64,000 nucleotides of DNA. Source: the human T2T-CHM13v2.0 reference genome, Homo sapiens. The stretch's first letter is position 1. The number at the start of each line of letters is the position of its first letter. Under the pieces are notes generated by a model. The model was not told the origin of the DNA and searched no databases. It saw only the letters and a list, made by a program, of their open reading frames with translations. Below are positions 1 through 14,129 of this stretch, one piece after another. The stretch lies in NCBI RefSeq assembly GCF_009914755.1, contig NC_060928.1; one strand, 5' to 3'. Both the position numbers and the translations under genes were made by a program.

Positions 1-298
1 AAAGTATGTATGTGAATAAACATTCTTTATTATATTTGATTTATTCTTGACATTTTCTCTGTAGAGAAGTGTGTGAAATACTGACTTCCCTTTTAAACTC
101 ATTGGGAATAAAGGATGTTCAGATTTGATTGGATTCTTAGTAATACCTAAGGAAACCCAATTAAAAATTTGAGAGTTTGACTCTTCCCAGTAAACCAGCT
201 AGACAAATACAGGTATGTTCTTCAAGTTTGCAGACAAGTATCTATTGCTTTGTATTGTTTTCTTTACACACAAGGTGTATAAAGAAAAATTAAAATTG

Positions 299-632
<334 letters not shown>

Positions 633-1067
633 TCACTTTTTCCTGCAATAATGATATAAGGAATTTATACACATCTAACTTTTTTTAAATGTTACTTTTT
701 ATCACTTTTGTTCGATTTTTACTGATTGTTAATATACCCTTTTAAATATCTCTATTGGCACAGCAAAGTAAGCTTTTCAGTTTAGTAGCTCTCTAACAAA
801 ATATTTTCTAATTCTGTGCTTTAAGTGAAATAAAACGGGGATGAAAGTGGCAAAACCATATTATCATGTCCATGAGCAGCCAAAAAGAAGTCTTTAGTGA
901 CCAGAGAAACCTTAACGTAAACAGTAAGAAGCAAGTAATAGGACAGAAACAAACAGATTCTTTACTCAGAATGTTTGTCATTTGAAGTAAATACAAGTGG
1001 TGGTTCTCTTTCTCTCACTCTCTTTTCAACATAATATGGGTGAGTTAATAAGTATTTAATATATATG

Positions 1068-3329
1068 TGATATGGTTTGGCTACATCCTCACCCAAATCT
1101 CATCTTGAATTCCCATGTATTGTGGGAGGGACCCAGTGGGAGGTAATTGAATCATGGGGGCAGGTCTTTCCCATGCTATTTTCGTGATAGTAAGTCTCAT
1201 GAGATCTGATGGTTATTATAAGGGGGAGTTTTCGTGCACAAGCTCTCTTTGCCTGCTGCCATCCATTGAAGACATGACTTGCTTCTCCTTGCCTTTGAAG
1301 CCATGATTGTGAGGCTTTCCCAACCACGTGGAACTGTAAGTCCAATTACACCTCTTTCTTTTGTAAATTGCTCAGTCTTGGGTATGTCTTTATCAGCAGC
1401 ATGAAAACAAACTAATACAGTAAATTGGTACCAGGAGTGGGGCACTGCTGAAAAGATACCCGAAAATGTGGAAGCGACTTTGGAACTGGGTAGTAGGAAG
1501 AGATTGGAGCAGTTTAGAGGGCTCAGAAGAAGACAGGAAAATGTAGGCAAGTTTAGACCCCTACAGGCTTGAATGGCTTTGCCCAAAATGCTGATAGTGA
1601 TATGGACAATAAAGTGCAGGCTGAGGTGGTCTCAGATAGAAATGAAAAACTTGTTGGAAACTGGAGCAAAGGTGATTCTTGTTATGTTTTAGCAAAGAGA
1701 CTGGCAGCATTTTGCCCCTGCCCTAGAGATTTGTGGAACTTTGGACTTGAGAGAGATGATTTAAGGTATCTGGCAGAAGAAATTTCTAAGCAGCAAAGCA
1801 TTCAAGAGGTGACTTGGGTGCTGTTAAAAGCATTCAGTTTTAAAAGGAAAACAGAGCATAAAAGTTTGGAAATATGCAGCCTGACTATGTGACAGAAAAG
1901 AAAATTCTATTTTTCTGAGGAGAATTTCAAGCCATCTGCAGAAATCTGCGTAAGGAGGAACCGAATGTTAATCCCCAAGACAGTGGGGAAAACGTCTCCA
2001 GAGCATGTCAGAGGTCTTCACAGCAGCCCCTCCCATCACAGGCCTGGAGGCCTAGGAAGAAAAGATGGTTTTGTGGGCCGGGCCTAGGGCCTGCCTACTC
2101 TGTGCAGCCTAGGAACTTAGTACTCTGCCTTCCAGCCACTCCAGCTATGGTGAGCAGGGGCCAAGGTACAGCTCAGGCTGTGGCTTCAGAGGGTGGAAGC
2201 CCCAAGCCTTGGCAGCTTCTATGTGGTGTTGATCCTGCGAGTGCACAGAAGTCAAGAATTGAGTTTGGGAACCTCCACCTACATTGCAGGAAATGTATGG
2301 AAACACCTGGTTGGCCAGGCAGAAGTTTGCTTCAGGGGTGGGACCCTCATGGAGAACCTCTGCTAAGGCAGTGCAGAAGGGAAATGTGGGGTTGGACCCC
2401 CGCACAGAGTCCCTACTGGGGCATCACATAATGGAGCTGTGAGAAGAGGGCCACCATCCTCCAGACCCCAGGACGGTAGATCCATCAACAGCTTGCACCA
2501 GGCACCTGGAAAAGCTGCAGACACTCAACACCAGCCCATGAAAGTAACCAGGATGGGGGCTATACCCTGCAAACAAGAGGGCAGAGCTGCCCAAGACCAT
2601 GGGAACCTACCTCTTGCATCAGCGTGACTTGGATGTGAGACATGGAGTCAAAAGAGATCATTTTGAAGCTTTAAGATTTGACTGCCCTGCTGGATTTCAG
2701 ACTTGCATGCAGCCTGTAGCTCCTTTGTTTTGGCCAGTGCCTCCCATTTGGAATGGTTGTGTTTATCCAATGCCTATAGCCCCATTGTATCTAGGAAGTA
2801 ACTAACTTGCTTTTGATTTTACAGGTTCATAGGCAGAAGGGATTTGCTTTGTCTCACATGAGACTTTGGACTGTGGACTTTTGAGTTAATGCTGAAATAA
2901 GAATTTGGGGGAATGTTGGGAAGGCATGATTGGTTTTGAAATGTGAGGACATGAGATTTGGGAGGGGCCGGGGGTGGAATGATATGATTTGGCTGTGTCC
3001 CCACCCAAATCTCATTTTTAATTCCCATGTATTGTGGGAGGGACCCAGTGGGAGATAATTGAATCATGGGGGCAGATCTTTCCTGTGCTGTTCTCATGAT
3101 AGTAAGTCTCATGAGATCTGATAGTTACTGTAAGGGGGAGTTTTCCTGCACAAGCTCTGTTTGCCTGCTGCCATCCATGTAAGATGTGACTTGCTCCTCC
3201 TTGCCTTCTGCCATGATTGTGAGGCTTCCCCTGCCATGCGGAACTATAAGACCAATTAAACCTCTTCCTTTTGTAAATTGCCTAGTCTTGTGTATGTCTT
3301 TATCAGCAGCGTGAAAACAAACTAATACT
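1068..3329 (+). mobile_element. Full-length THE1 (THE1A/B-like) MaLR retroelement: LTR 1068-1419, internal 1420-2979, LTR 2980-3329
   Basis: Two ~350-bp direct repeats (tgatatggtttggct...aactaataca); internal region starts gtaaattggtacc; polypurine tract precedes the 3' LTR; 5-bp TSD ATATG/GTATG. Confidence 0.93.
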
Positions 3330-3876
3330 GTATGTATTACCTCATCTTGGTTAACTGAGATCCATATTATGCACTGCTTTTTAATAAAAAGAGAAAGGAA
3401 TGGAGATATGCCAGATTATTTGTTTTGAGTTGGTATATATTTCAGGAAGTCATAAATAAATGAGAATGATGAGCAGTTTTCTTAAAGGTGACTTTATGTT
3501 AAAATTGATTGACTAACAACCAAGCCTCCAGGTAAAATATTTAATTTTTTATGAGTGAGATCAATTGCATTATTTTTACATGAAGATCTATATTTAACAA
3601 TCCTTATTTCCTTTAGCCTTGAACTTTTTTCATCATTTTATGATTTGTATGATTATGTTATTATTAAATTAATTAGAAAAGTTATACATTTAAAATTTGT
3701 TTCATAGAATAGGGCTTATTCTTTTCTGTAGCTCTGTTGATTTTGGAGAAGGAGAAGCCCTATATTTACCTATATAAATCAGCTAAAGTTCCACTTCAGT
3801 TTGATATGCATGTACTGAAGTCCTCTTATTCACTCAGGAATACATTCATTCTTTTAAGAATTTTTCATTTTTACAG

Positions 3877-4234
3877 TTTATTAGTCTGTTTCACATGCTA
3901 GTCAAGACATACCCAAGTCTGGGTAATTTATAAAGAAAAAGAAGTTTAATGGACTCACAGTTTCACATGACTGGGAAGGTCTCACAATCATGGTGAAAGG
4001 TGAAGGAGGAGTAAAGGCTTACATGGTGGCAGGCAAGAGAGCTTGTGCAGGGGAACTGCCCTTTATAAAACCATCTGATCTCATGAGACTCATTCACTGT
4101 CACAAGAACAGCATAGGAAAAACAATCCGCCATGATTCAGTTACCTCCAACTGAGTCCCTCCCATGACACGTGGGGATTGTGGGAGCTATAATTCAAGAT
4201 GAGATTTGGGTGGGGACACAGCCAGACCATATCA
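3877..4234 (-). mobile_element. THE1-family solo LTR
   Basis: Reverse complement of the THE1 LTR (ends ...gacacagccagaccatatca); perfect TSD TACAG at 3872-3876 and 4235-4239. Confidence 0.9.
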
Positions 4235-4309
4235 TACAGTATATGAAAACTTCTTAAATATAATGTTTCAGTGGCTCATCATTCTTTTAATGCTTAATAA
4301 CCATATACT

Positions 4310-4810
4310 CACAAATACACACCTATGATATGATCTAGCTGTTTTATTCCTAGATACTTGCCCAAAGACTTATGCGTGAATGTTCAATGCAGCATTATTC
4401 ACAGTAGCCTAAAACTAGAAACAACCCAATGTCAATCAGTATATTTGAGTGGATAAAAGATATAGCGGTATATCCAAACAATGGAATACTATTTAGCAAT
4501 GAAAAAATACTTCTATACATGATGACATGGATGAATCTCAAAATCATTAGAGTGAAAATAGACACATAAAAGAATACTTACTGCATGAAGCCATTTCTAT
4601 AAAATGCAAAGTAATCTATACTGACAGAAAACAGTGGTTACCTGGGACCAGAGGTGGAGGGAAAGATGGCTTACGAAAGGACTTGAGGATTCTTTTGGTT
4701 GTGATGAAAATGCTCAGTATGTTGATTGTGGTGATGGTTGCTAAGGTATGTAGAGCTGTCAGCACTCATCAGTTAAACACACTTTAAATCTGTGTAGTTT
4801 ATTTTACCTA
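4310..4810 (+). mobile_element. Old L1M (L1MC/ME-like) 3' fragment
   Basis: gcagcattattcacagtagcctaaaactagaaacaacccaatgtc...atggaatactatttagcaatgaaaa are L1 3'-end motifs. Confidence 0.75.
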
Positions 4811-5531
4811 CATTTTTCCTTAATAGAGCTAATAAGGAAGGGAATCCAATTAGAATCTAAACAAAAAGGTACACAATTTTTGTTTCTTTTTATATACATG
4901 TTAAATTGCAGTAAGGGCTTGAAAGACGTTCTGGAAAACATGGCTATGAATCTCTTTCTGACTCCTCCAGGTAAAAGTAATTTCCTTATTTGTGCTTCCA
5001 TTTTACTCTGAACACTTAATTTTGTTTGCTGCTTAAATTATATGTTTTCCCTCACACTTCCCTCTTTTTCCCCTCACCCAAGTAAAACTGTGAATTATCT
5101 GTCTTTGTATTCTCAGGACCTAGTTCAATGTATGAAACATAGTGAGCATTCAGAAAAGTGATAAAGGAGGGAGAGAATGCTAATTTAGTTGCAGATTTTG
5201 AGATATATTGATGAAACTGACTGTGTAATACATTTCATTAATCAGTATTTAAAATAAGGAAATTTTACTCCTATTAAGTAGGATTTAACTTAGGTTATAA
5301 GTGAACTAGAGAAAACATGTTAATGTTACCATGTAAATCTACCTATTGTGGATTCATTATTTATAGATATTAGGTGAATGTATTCATGTTTATTATGAAC
5401 ATTTTATTCCTTTTTATTCCTGTGCAGTTTTATATAAACCTCCTTTCTCCTTTTTTCTCCAGTCATTCCTCCAAAAGAGGTATATTCTCTTCTCTATGCT
5501 TCTGTAACACACCATAAAAAAATTGCATTAA

Positions 5532-5840
<309 letters not shown>

Positions 5841-6081
5841 TGAGGCTTTTATTCTGTTTACTACTCTGTCTTCCTCATTGGAATAGAAACTCTTTGAAAG
5901 CAAAGTCTTGTGTTGCTGTTTGTGTCTACTGTACCTGACACAAAGCCTAAGTTAAAACTTAATAAGCATCTGTTCTGTGATTGTGAATGTGTGGATTTAT
6001 CCCTAGTTTTATCAGTTTTTGTTTTATATATTCTGAAGCTCTGTTTGTAGGCATTTATACATCATTTAGGATTGTTATATC

Positions 6082-6360
<279 letters not shown>

Positions 6361-6431
6361 TAGGATTGTTGTATCTTCTTGTTGAATTAACCCTTTTGTT
6401 GTTATGTAATGTCCCCCTTTATCCCTGATAA

Positions 6432-6737
<306 letters not shown>

Positions 6738-7124
6738 TGATGTCTACTATGTCTGACAATGTAGACACACCAGTTTTCCTTTGATCAGTGTTTGCATGGT
6801 ATATCTTTTACCAACCTTTTAATATTATTTAATATTCTTAAAGTGGGTTAATTATAGACAGCATGGTTGGGTCTTGCTTTTTTACCCAATCTGACCATCT
6901 CTCCCTTTTAAGTGACATTTAGATTATATGTATTTAATATGATCTTTCTGTGGTTGGCTTCAAATCTACCATCTTCCTAGTTGTTTCTTTTTTTCTCCCA
7001 CAAAGGCGGGTTTATTTCCGAACCTAGTTGTTTTCTGATTGTCTGAACTGTTCTTTGTTCCTCTTTCCCTCTTTGTCCGCCTTTTTTTGGATTCTTCACA
7101 TTTAGCTCCATTACTGGCTTCTTG

Positions 7125-7431
7125 TGTTTTTTTATTGTTTGTTTTTGAGGTGGAGTCTTGCTCTGCCACCCAGGTTAGCGTGCTGTGGCGCGATCTCGGC
7201 TCACTGCAACCTCCGCCTCCTAGGTTCAAGCAATTCTTCTGCCTCAGCATCATGAATAGCTGGGACTATAGGTGCACGCCACCATGCCCAGCTAATTTTT
7301 GTATGTTTTTTAAATAGAGATGGGGTTTCACCATGTTGGCCAGGCTGACCTCGAACTCCTGACCTGAAGTGATCTGCCTGCCTTGGCCTGCCAAAGTGCT
7401 GAGATTACAGACATGAGCCCTCGTGCCCAGC
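7125..7431 (-). mobile_element. Alu (AluS-like)
   Basis: Reverse Alu; TSD ccattactggcttct on both sides. Confidence 0.92.
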
Positions 7432-7664
7432 CCATTACTGGCTTCTGATGCCACTTTGTAAGTTTTTAGTGGTTGCCCTGTGGCTTGCAATATTTATTCT
7501 TAGCTTATCACAGTTTATCTTCAAATATTATGTCACATTAATTTAATCAATCACCTTACTGTACAGTTCCACTTCCTCCCTTAAATCTTTTATGCTTCTG
7601 TTTTCTATTTCATTTTTACATATGTTAGAAATCCCAAATATATTGATGTTATTTTTACTTAAAA

Positions 7665-7955
7665 ATTTGAGACACGGTCTTGCTGTGTTGCCCAGGCTGG
7701 TGTGTAGTAGTGCAATCATGGCTCACTGTAACCTTGAACTCCTAGGCTCAGGTGATTCTCTTACCGCAGCCTCCTGAGTAGCTAGGACTACAAGTGCATG
7801 CCACAATGCCTGGCTAATTTCTTTTTTTCCTTTTGAGTAGAGACAGGTTCTCACTGTGTTGCCCAGGCTGATCTCAACCTCCTGGCCACAAGAGACCTTC
7901 CTGCCTTGGCCTCCCAAAGTGCTGAGATTATAGGCGTGAGCCACTGTACCTGGCC
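7665..7955 (-). mobile_element. Alu (AluJ-like)
   Basis: Reverse Alu with J-type features; TSD tttttactt. Confidence 0.88.
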
Positions 7956-8329
7956 TGTTTTTACTTTAGACAGTCAATTATCTTTTAAAAATAGGAGAAA
8001 AACTGTCTTAACATACTTTTATCATTTTCAGTGCACTACATTCTTTGGGTAGATCCAAATTTTTGTCTAGTATACCTCTAACTGAAAAACTTTTACTAAC
8101 ATTTTTTGCATAACAGGTTTATTGCAATGAATTATCTCTTTTATTTGCTTGAAACAATTTTACTTAACCTTACTTACTGGAAGATATTTTCACTGGGTGT
8201 AGAATTCTAGGTTGGACTTTAAAGATGTTACTTCATTGTCTTCTAGCTTGCATAGTTTTTGATGAGAAGTCTGCTTTATTTCTTATTTTTTCTGTTTTTT
8301 TCCCCCTTCCGGCTGCCTTTAAGAGATTC

Positions 8330-8385
8330 TCTCTCTTTCCCTCTCTCTCCCTCCCTCCCTCTCCCTCTCTCTCCCTCCCTCCCTC
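8330..8385. repeat. CT/CCCT-rich simple repeat
   Basis: ctctctctttccctctctctccctccctccctctccctctctctccctccctccctc. Confidence 0.8.
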
Positions 8386-8577
8386 TTGTTTGTTTTTCAA
8401 CAGCTTGGGTATGATAGGTCTAGGTATGTTTAATTGTTTTCCTTTGCTTGGGGTTCTCTAAGCTTTAATAGATTTGTAGCATGATGGCTTTCATTTTTGG
8501 AAAATTTTTCAGTCATTAACTCTTAAAATATTTTTCTACCCTGTTCTCTAGCACTTCATTCTCTGAGATTCCAGGTA

Positions 8578-9097
8578 CAGTAGTGCCCCCTTATCCACAA
8601 GGGATACATTCTGAGACCCTCAGTGGACACTTGAAACCAAAGGTAGTACCAAACCTGTATATATCATGTCTTTTTAAATATATTTTCACACCTGTAATAA
8701 AGTTAAACCATGAATTAGGCATGGTAAGAGATTAATACAATAACTAATAGAACAGTTATAGCCATATGTCAGCATCACTGCTCTTACACTTTGAGGCCAT
8801 TAAGTAAAATAAGCATTACTTGAACACAAGCACTGCGATACCGTGACAGCTGATCTGACAGTTACTTAAGTGACTAATGGGCAGGTAGTGTATCTAGCAT
8901 GAATACACCGGGCAAAGAGGGAGTTCATGATTTGAATGGGATGGTGTAAAATTTTATGTTACTCAGAACAGCGTGCAATTTAAAACTTTATTTTTTTTAT
9001 TTCTGGAATTTTTTTTATTATTTTCATGCTACCATTGACCATGGGTAACAAACTGCAGAAAGTAAAACCATGGATGAAGGGGGACTACTGACTACTG
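8578..9097. mobile_element. MER44/Tigger7-family (TcMar-Tigger) DNA transposon fossil
   Basis: Terminal inverted repeats cagtagtgcccccttatcca / tggatgaagggggactactg; TA flanks; 7-nt duplication (actactg x2) at the right terminus. Confidence 0.82.
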
Positions 9098-9978
9098 TAC
9101 ACTTAGGTTAGACCATTTGCTATTTTCTTTCCTTCAGCTCTTGGGTGCTCTGGGTTATCCCACTCCCACTTGTTTAGTTTGTTCATGTTTTAGTTTGTGT
9201 AATTTCTATTGATCTATGAGTTCGCTGAGTCTTTTCTTGGTTTGTTGAGTCTGCTATTCAGCCTGTTGAAATAATTCTTTGTGTTGCTCCTTTCTAGCAT
9301 TTCCATTTAACTCTTTCTTACAGTCTCCATTTTCTCCAAAATTTCACATCTATTCATGGATATTATTCAGTTTTTCCACTAGATCCTGTAACGTAGTCAT
9401 TATCGTTAAAGTCCCTGTATGATAGTTTTAACATCTGGATCACCTGTGAGTTTTGTTGGTTTCATCTTTTGACAGTGAGTAATTTTTTTCTTAAAATGCA
9501 TCTCAACTTTTTATTGCAGCTGGATATTATTGTAGGAAAACAGATTAACAGTATTTAATCTCTGGAATTGAGCGCACTTCCTTTTAATTTAGGGTGTTCG
9601 CATAGGGTAGAGGTCAAGCCAGTCTAGTCAGGAGTCGAACTAGGTTCATGTTTTGTTGTTGCTCACCTTACTTGAGTGCAGTATGTTCTTCAAATTCCTT
9701 TAGTAGTCGGCCGTTCTTACTTTATGCTTAGAGTATGGGTGCTGGAGGACTTTCCTTAGTGTTCTTGCTTTGACTTCAGGCTTGGACCCGTTCCCGCACA
9801 GCTGTGGGCTTTTTCTGTGCTCTTGCTCCTCTCCCAGTGGTAAATTGTTGTTAACAAGGAACATTCCTATTACAGTTAGCCTGTAGAGCAAAATCCCATT
9901 TCTAAACAATACTCACACACACAAAAAAGAAACTTAAATATTTCACAGTGTTGTATTATATTCTATTATATGGAGTGG

Positions 9979-10423
9979 TGTGTTAGTTTCCTAGGGCTGC
10001 TGTAACAAAGTACCACAAACTAGTTGGCTTAAAATAAGAGAAGTTTATTGTTTCACAGTTCCAGAGATTTTTAAGTCTGAAATCAAGGTGCTCACCAGGG
10101 CATGCCTCTCTCTGAAACCTGTAGGGGAGGAGGACATTTTTGCCTCTTTGTAGCTTCTGGTGGTCCCAGGTGTTCTTTGGCTTATGGTAGCATAATTCTA
10201 ATCCCTGCCTCTGTCTTCACATGGCATTCTCCTCTGTGCATCCCCCTCCTCTTATAAGGATACAAGTCATATTGGATTAAAAATCTGCCCTACTCCAGTA
10301 GGACCTCACCTTAACTAATTATATCTACAATGACCCTGTGTCCAAATAAGGTCACATTCTGAAGTGCTAGGGATTAGAACTTAAACATAGATTGAAGGAG
10401 GGCACACAATTTAACCCATGATA
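9979..10423 (-). mobile_element. MLT1-family MaLR solo LTR
   Basis: tgtgttagtttcctagggctgctgtaacaaagtaccacaaact...caaataaggtcacattctgaagtgctaggg...aacccatgata. Confidence 0.85.
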
Positions 10424-12594
10424 AGTAGAAATGACATTTATGTCTCAAAAACATTACTCATATCAGTAACATTATCTCCTATAGAAAAAGATACTAAACC
10501 ACAGAATATTAAAAGCCAGGCTAAGAATACACTAACATATTAGAAAGATTTTTGATACTTGCTTCCTTTTCAATTCAGATAAATTTAAAGATGCAAGTGA
10601 CAGTTTTTAAAAATCACATTTTAATATGAAATGTACAAAGTCCAACGTATGTGTGTGTGTCACTCTCACAATCATCCATCCTCAAGGTGAATAGTAATTT
10701 ATCAATATCTGTCAAAAGGCCCCATTCATTAAAAAATTCTTGAGTACCTACTATATACTAGGCATTTGCCATACACAAGGAGGAAACGTAGTAAAATCCA
10801 AAGTTAGGATGCACTGTACGACATGCCACAATAGTTAGATTCAGTGGCTGTATTTTAGGTCTTTTCCTCACCCTTAGTGTATAACTTGTACCTGATAATA
10901 GTGTTTAACTTGATAACATTTTTTTTTTCTCATTTGTGAGACATGATAACCATGACACAAATTTTATTGCTGCTTGCTTTTGATTACAGAAGGGTAATGG
11001 AAGTGCAGTAACTCTTTAGATTTAAAGCCCTGCTCTTAGCTAATGTGAAGAATGATCATACTTGTGCTGGAAACTGCTTTGTGTGAAAGATCATCATTAA
11101 AGGATTTAATAGGACTTTAAAGAGTGGGCTGCACTTTTTCCAGTGGTTGGATGCTTCATAATTAAATGAGGAAAATTGAGATGTAAATTATATTTTTAGA
11201 AGTGACAGCTCAGGATGCTTCATAGGTTAGCTGTTACTTATGAGAAGAGTGAAAGATGAGCTTACACTTAGGGATACACAAGTTTAGGATAGGGAACCTT
11301 TTGAGAATTATTTTTAAGTGAACAATAATACTCATTATGATAATGTAACATGAAGGTATAGAGTTAACTATGGAAAACCAATTTATATGGACTTGTGCAA
11401 TGATAGCTGTTGTATTTAAAATGATTTGTTTTCTAAATACTACTGGAAAAATAAGTCAGTTGTAAGATACTTCTAAAGATGACTTATGTCACTGGTTTTG
11501 CTAAAGGAACACATTATTATCATTTATTCCTTTGAATCCTTAAATTCTATTAAATATTTTTAAAAAAATGCTTTTACTGTGTTTCTCAGGCTGACTTGTC
11601 CAAAGAAAGAAAAAAGCTGTATAATCAATCATTCCTATAGTGGTGGTTAATATTTTTTGAACCCAGATCACTATTATTGTAATACATGCTTTGCTTTTCT
11701 TCTCATATTTGGTAATAATGTAATTTCTAGTATACAGATTGTGTTTATGCCTTGCAAACAATTCTCAATAACACATGAGCAAAAAGCTGTGTTATAGACA
11801 ATTCAGAGGAGGGGGGTGGAAGGAGAGGAGGAGAAGAAAAGCACTGTGGCTCTGAAACACAAATAGGTAATTTGCTTTTAATTGTATTGTGTTTTTATTG
11901 CATCAAATTTGTTGAATAAGTTTGTATTTTAATTTATTGAATTATGGAATTTTTGAACATTTACTAGCTTAGTGTGGATAAGAAGCCAGCTTTCATTCAC
12001 AGTTCATTGCAAATAGGTGCCACATAGTTTCTAAGCCCTAGTTTCCTAGTATATGAAATTCCTAATATATGAATACAAGGCTTAGTTTAGCTATTCTCTA
12101 AGATGTCTTCTTCTAAGTAAGTCCTAAGCATACATGATTTATATTTCAAAAGCCCAGTTTACTCAGGAATTAGAATCAAATACTATTCGAGCTTTGCAAT
12201 TTAGGATGGGATGTACTATACCTTCATATTATTGAAGGTCTGAACATTTAGATTTGTAATCCTAATGTTCAGTTTTCTGAGACATCATCCACATAGAAAT
12301 TGCCCAGTAATTTAGATAATTTACATCTATGTTATGGAAAACAAAAATTTGGAAATTAGATTTCTAAATGAGATTTGACCAATTGTTCTTGGCTGGTTCA
12401 TCTAGCTAGTTACTCTGGCAGTATAAGAATTTTCTGTGATCTGATGAGCTGATTAGCATACAGTCCTGTTTTCCATCTTTATAACAATACAGTAAAACTA
12501 AGTGGATAAAACTGTTTTGTTTCATTTTAGTGTGGATTTCCTCAAAAATTTTCAAAATTATGAACATAGTATTTCTGAGGTCTTACTATATAAT

Positions 12595-12616
12595 TGTGTG
12601 TGTGTGTGTGTGTGTG
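12595..12616. repeat. (TG)11 microsatellite
   Basis: Read directly. Confidence 0.95.
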
Positions 12617-12799
12617 TATACCATAAGAAATTACATATTTTAAGTTGTATCATCTAATATGATTCAGCAACAGTAATAAAGATGTGACCTTAGTTTCAGT
12701 TCTTATATTTGGAAAATGAAAATCTTTCAAATTGTAACTAACTTCGTAGCTGTAATTCCTTTGTGAGTCATTTATTTTGCTGATCTTTGTGCTATATTT

Positions 12800-13110
12800 C
12801 TGTAGCTGAATAGTACAGTGTGGTAGCTACTAGCCAAATTTAGCTACTGAGCAATTTAAATGTGGCTAGTCTGAGTTGAGATGTAACTGTAAGGGTATAA
12901 AACACTTGGATTTTGAAGATATATTGTGAAGATGATAATACAAAATATTTTGTTAATTTATTGATTTGCATATCAGAGTGATATATATTGAATTGAATAA
13001 AATATTACTAAAATTAATTTTCACCTGTTTTTTAATGTGTCTATTAGTAAATTTAAATTACACATGTGGTTCACATTTATGGCTCACACATTTCTCTTGG
13101 ACCTCTTCTA
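12800..13110. mobile_element. MER33/MER3-like hAT-Charlie MITE (degraded)
   Basis: ggtagctactagcc...atttaaatgtggctagtctgagttgagatgt...aaatttaaattacacatgtggttcacat; similar to the copy at 28632. Confidence 0.7.
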
Positions 13111-13982
13111 GAGGGTGGTTATATTTTATCTAAGGTGTCAGATTTAGAATGACACGTATTCTTCTTTTAATTTATTTTCATTCTTATGTTCAAAAGTTAG
13201 AAAGTAGTCTAAAGCTGTTTGTATGTTCTGACAGTTAAGTAACATCTGTTTTATGCAATGTAGATGGACACATAATGGAAGTTATGTTTGACCATCACTT
13301 GACCACTTTTTGTAATGTTGAATTATATTGGTGTGCCCTAGAAGAGAGGGAATAAGGAAAAAAGAAACAAATCAAGAATGAAAAAAGGGAACATGCTTCT
13401 GGACTATAGGAAATGCCATTAACAAAGACCATAGTACCAATATTCAGGAATTACCTATTATGATTTAGAGTTACACCATATGGTTTTCTTTAATAAGAGC
13501 TATTATCAAAGACATAATAACGTTCCCATATGGTTTTCTTCGATAATAGCTGATTTTGAAAACCAATGACAAAAAGTTATATTTAGTGATTTTTTCAACC
13601 TGAGGGACAAAAACTTATATCAATAGAATATCACTTAGTTTCTGTTTTTTTCTCTTACACAGCATTGTCATTTGTGAAAGAGGGAGTGAAAGTTTTCATA
13701 TTGTAAACTTCTAGGACACAGGGAAGTTCTGTAAGCTCCTATATGATGCCAATGAGAATAATCTTGGTTTGCTTAAAAAGTGATTGTCTCTTTTCCCCAT
13801 CCCACCCCCATTTCCATGTTTATTTCTTTTGTTTTTTTCTGAAAAGACATATTTAATGTCCTGCCTAGGTTTATTTTCTATTTATTCACAAAATAAAGAA
13901 TAACACTGTTATGTTTTGTATTTGAAATTGTAAGGTACATTTCTTTTTTCTTTTATTTTTAATTTAACTCTTTGTTTTACAG

Positions 13983-14129
13983 ATGAGGGCAGAAGTGCAG
14001 TTGACCAAGCAGGTGGTGCACAGATTGTAATTGACCATTTAAGGTCACTGTGCAGTATAACAGATCCCGCCAATGAGAAGCTCTTGACTGTCTTTTGTGG
14101 CATGCTGATGAACTATAGCAATGAGAATG
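13983..14129 (+). CDS. RAP1GDS1: RAP1GDS1 exon 5 (147 nt cassette exon; present in SmgGDS-607, skipped in SmgGDS-558)
   Basis: ttgttttacag|ATGAGGGC...GAGAATG|gtaaac; phase 1-1; (H)EGRSAVDQAGGAQIVIDHLRSLCSITDPANEKLLTVFCGMLMNYSNEN; 49 codons equals the 607-558 difference. Confidence 0.96.

Noticed and set aside
1569-2805. ORFs in the THE1 internal region
   Set aside because: Fragments of the degenerate MaLR internal ORF, interrupted by stops and frameshifts.
11790-11872. Purine-rich stretch ending in TAG|gtaatt as a cryptic exon or G-quadruplex
   Set aside because: No convincing polypyrimidine tract upstream, weak donor and fewer than four G3 tracts.
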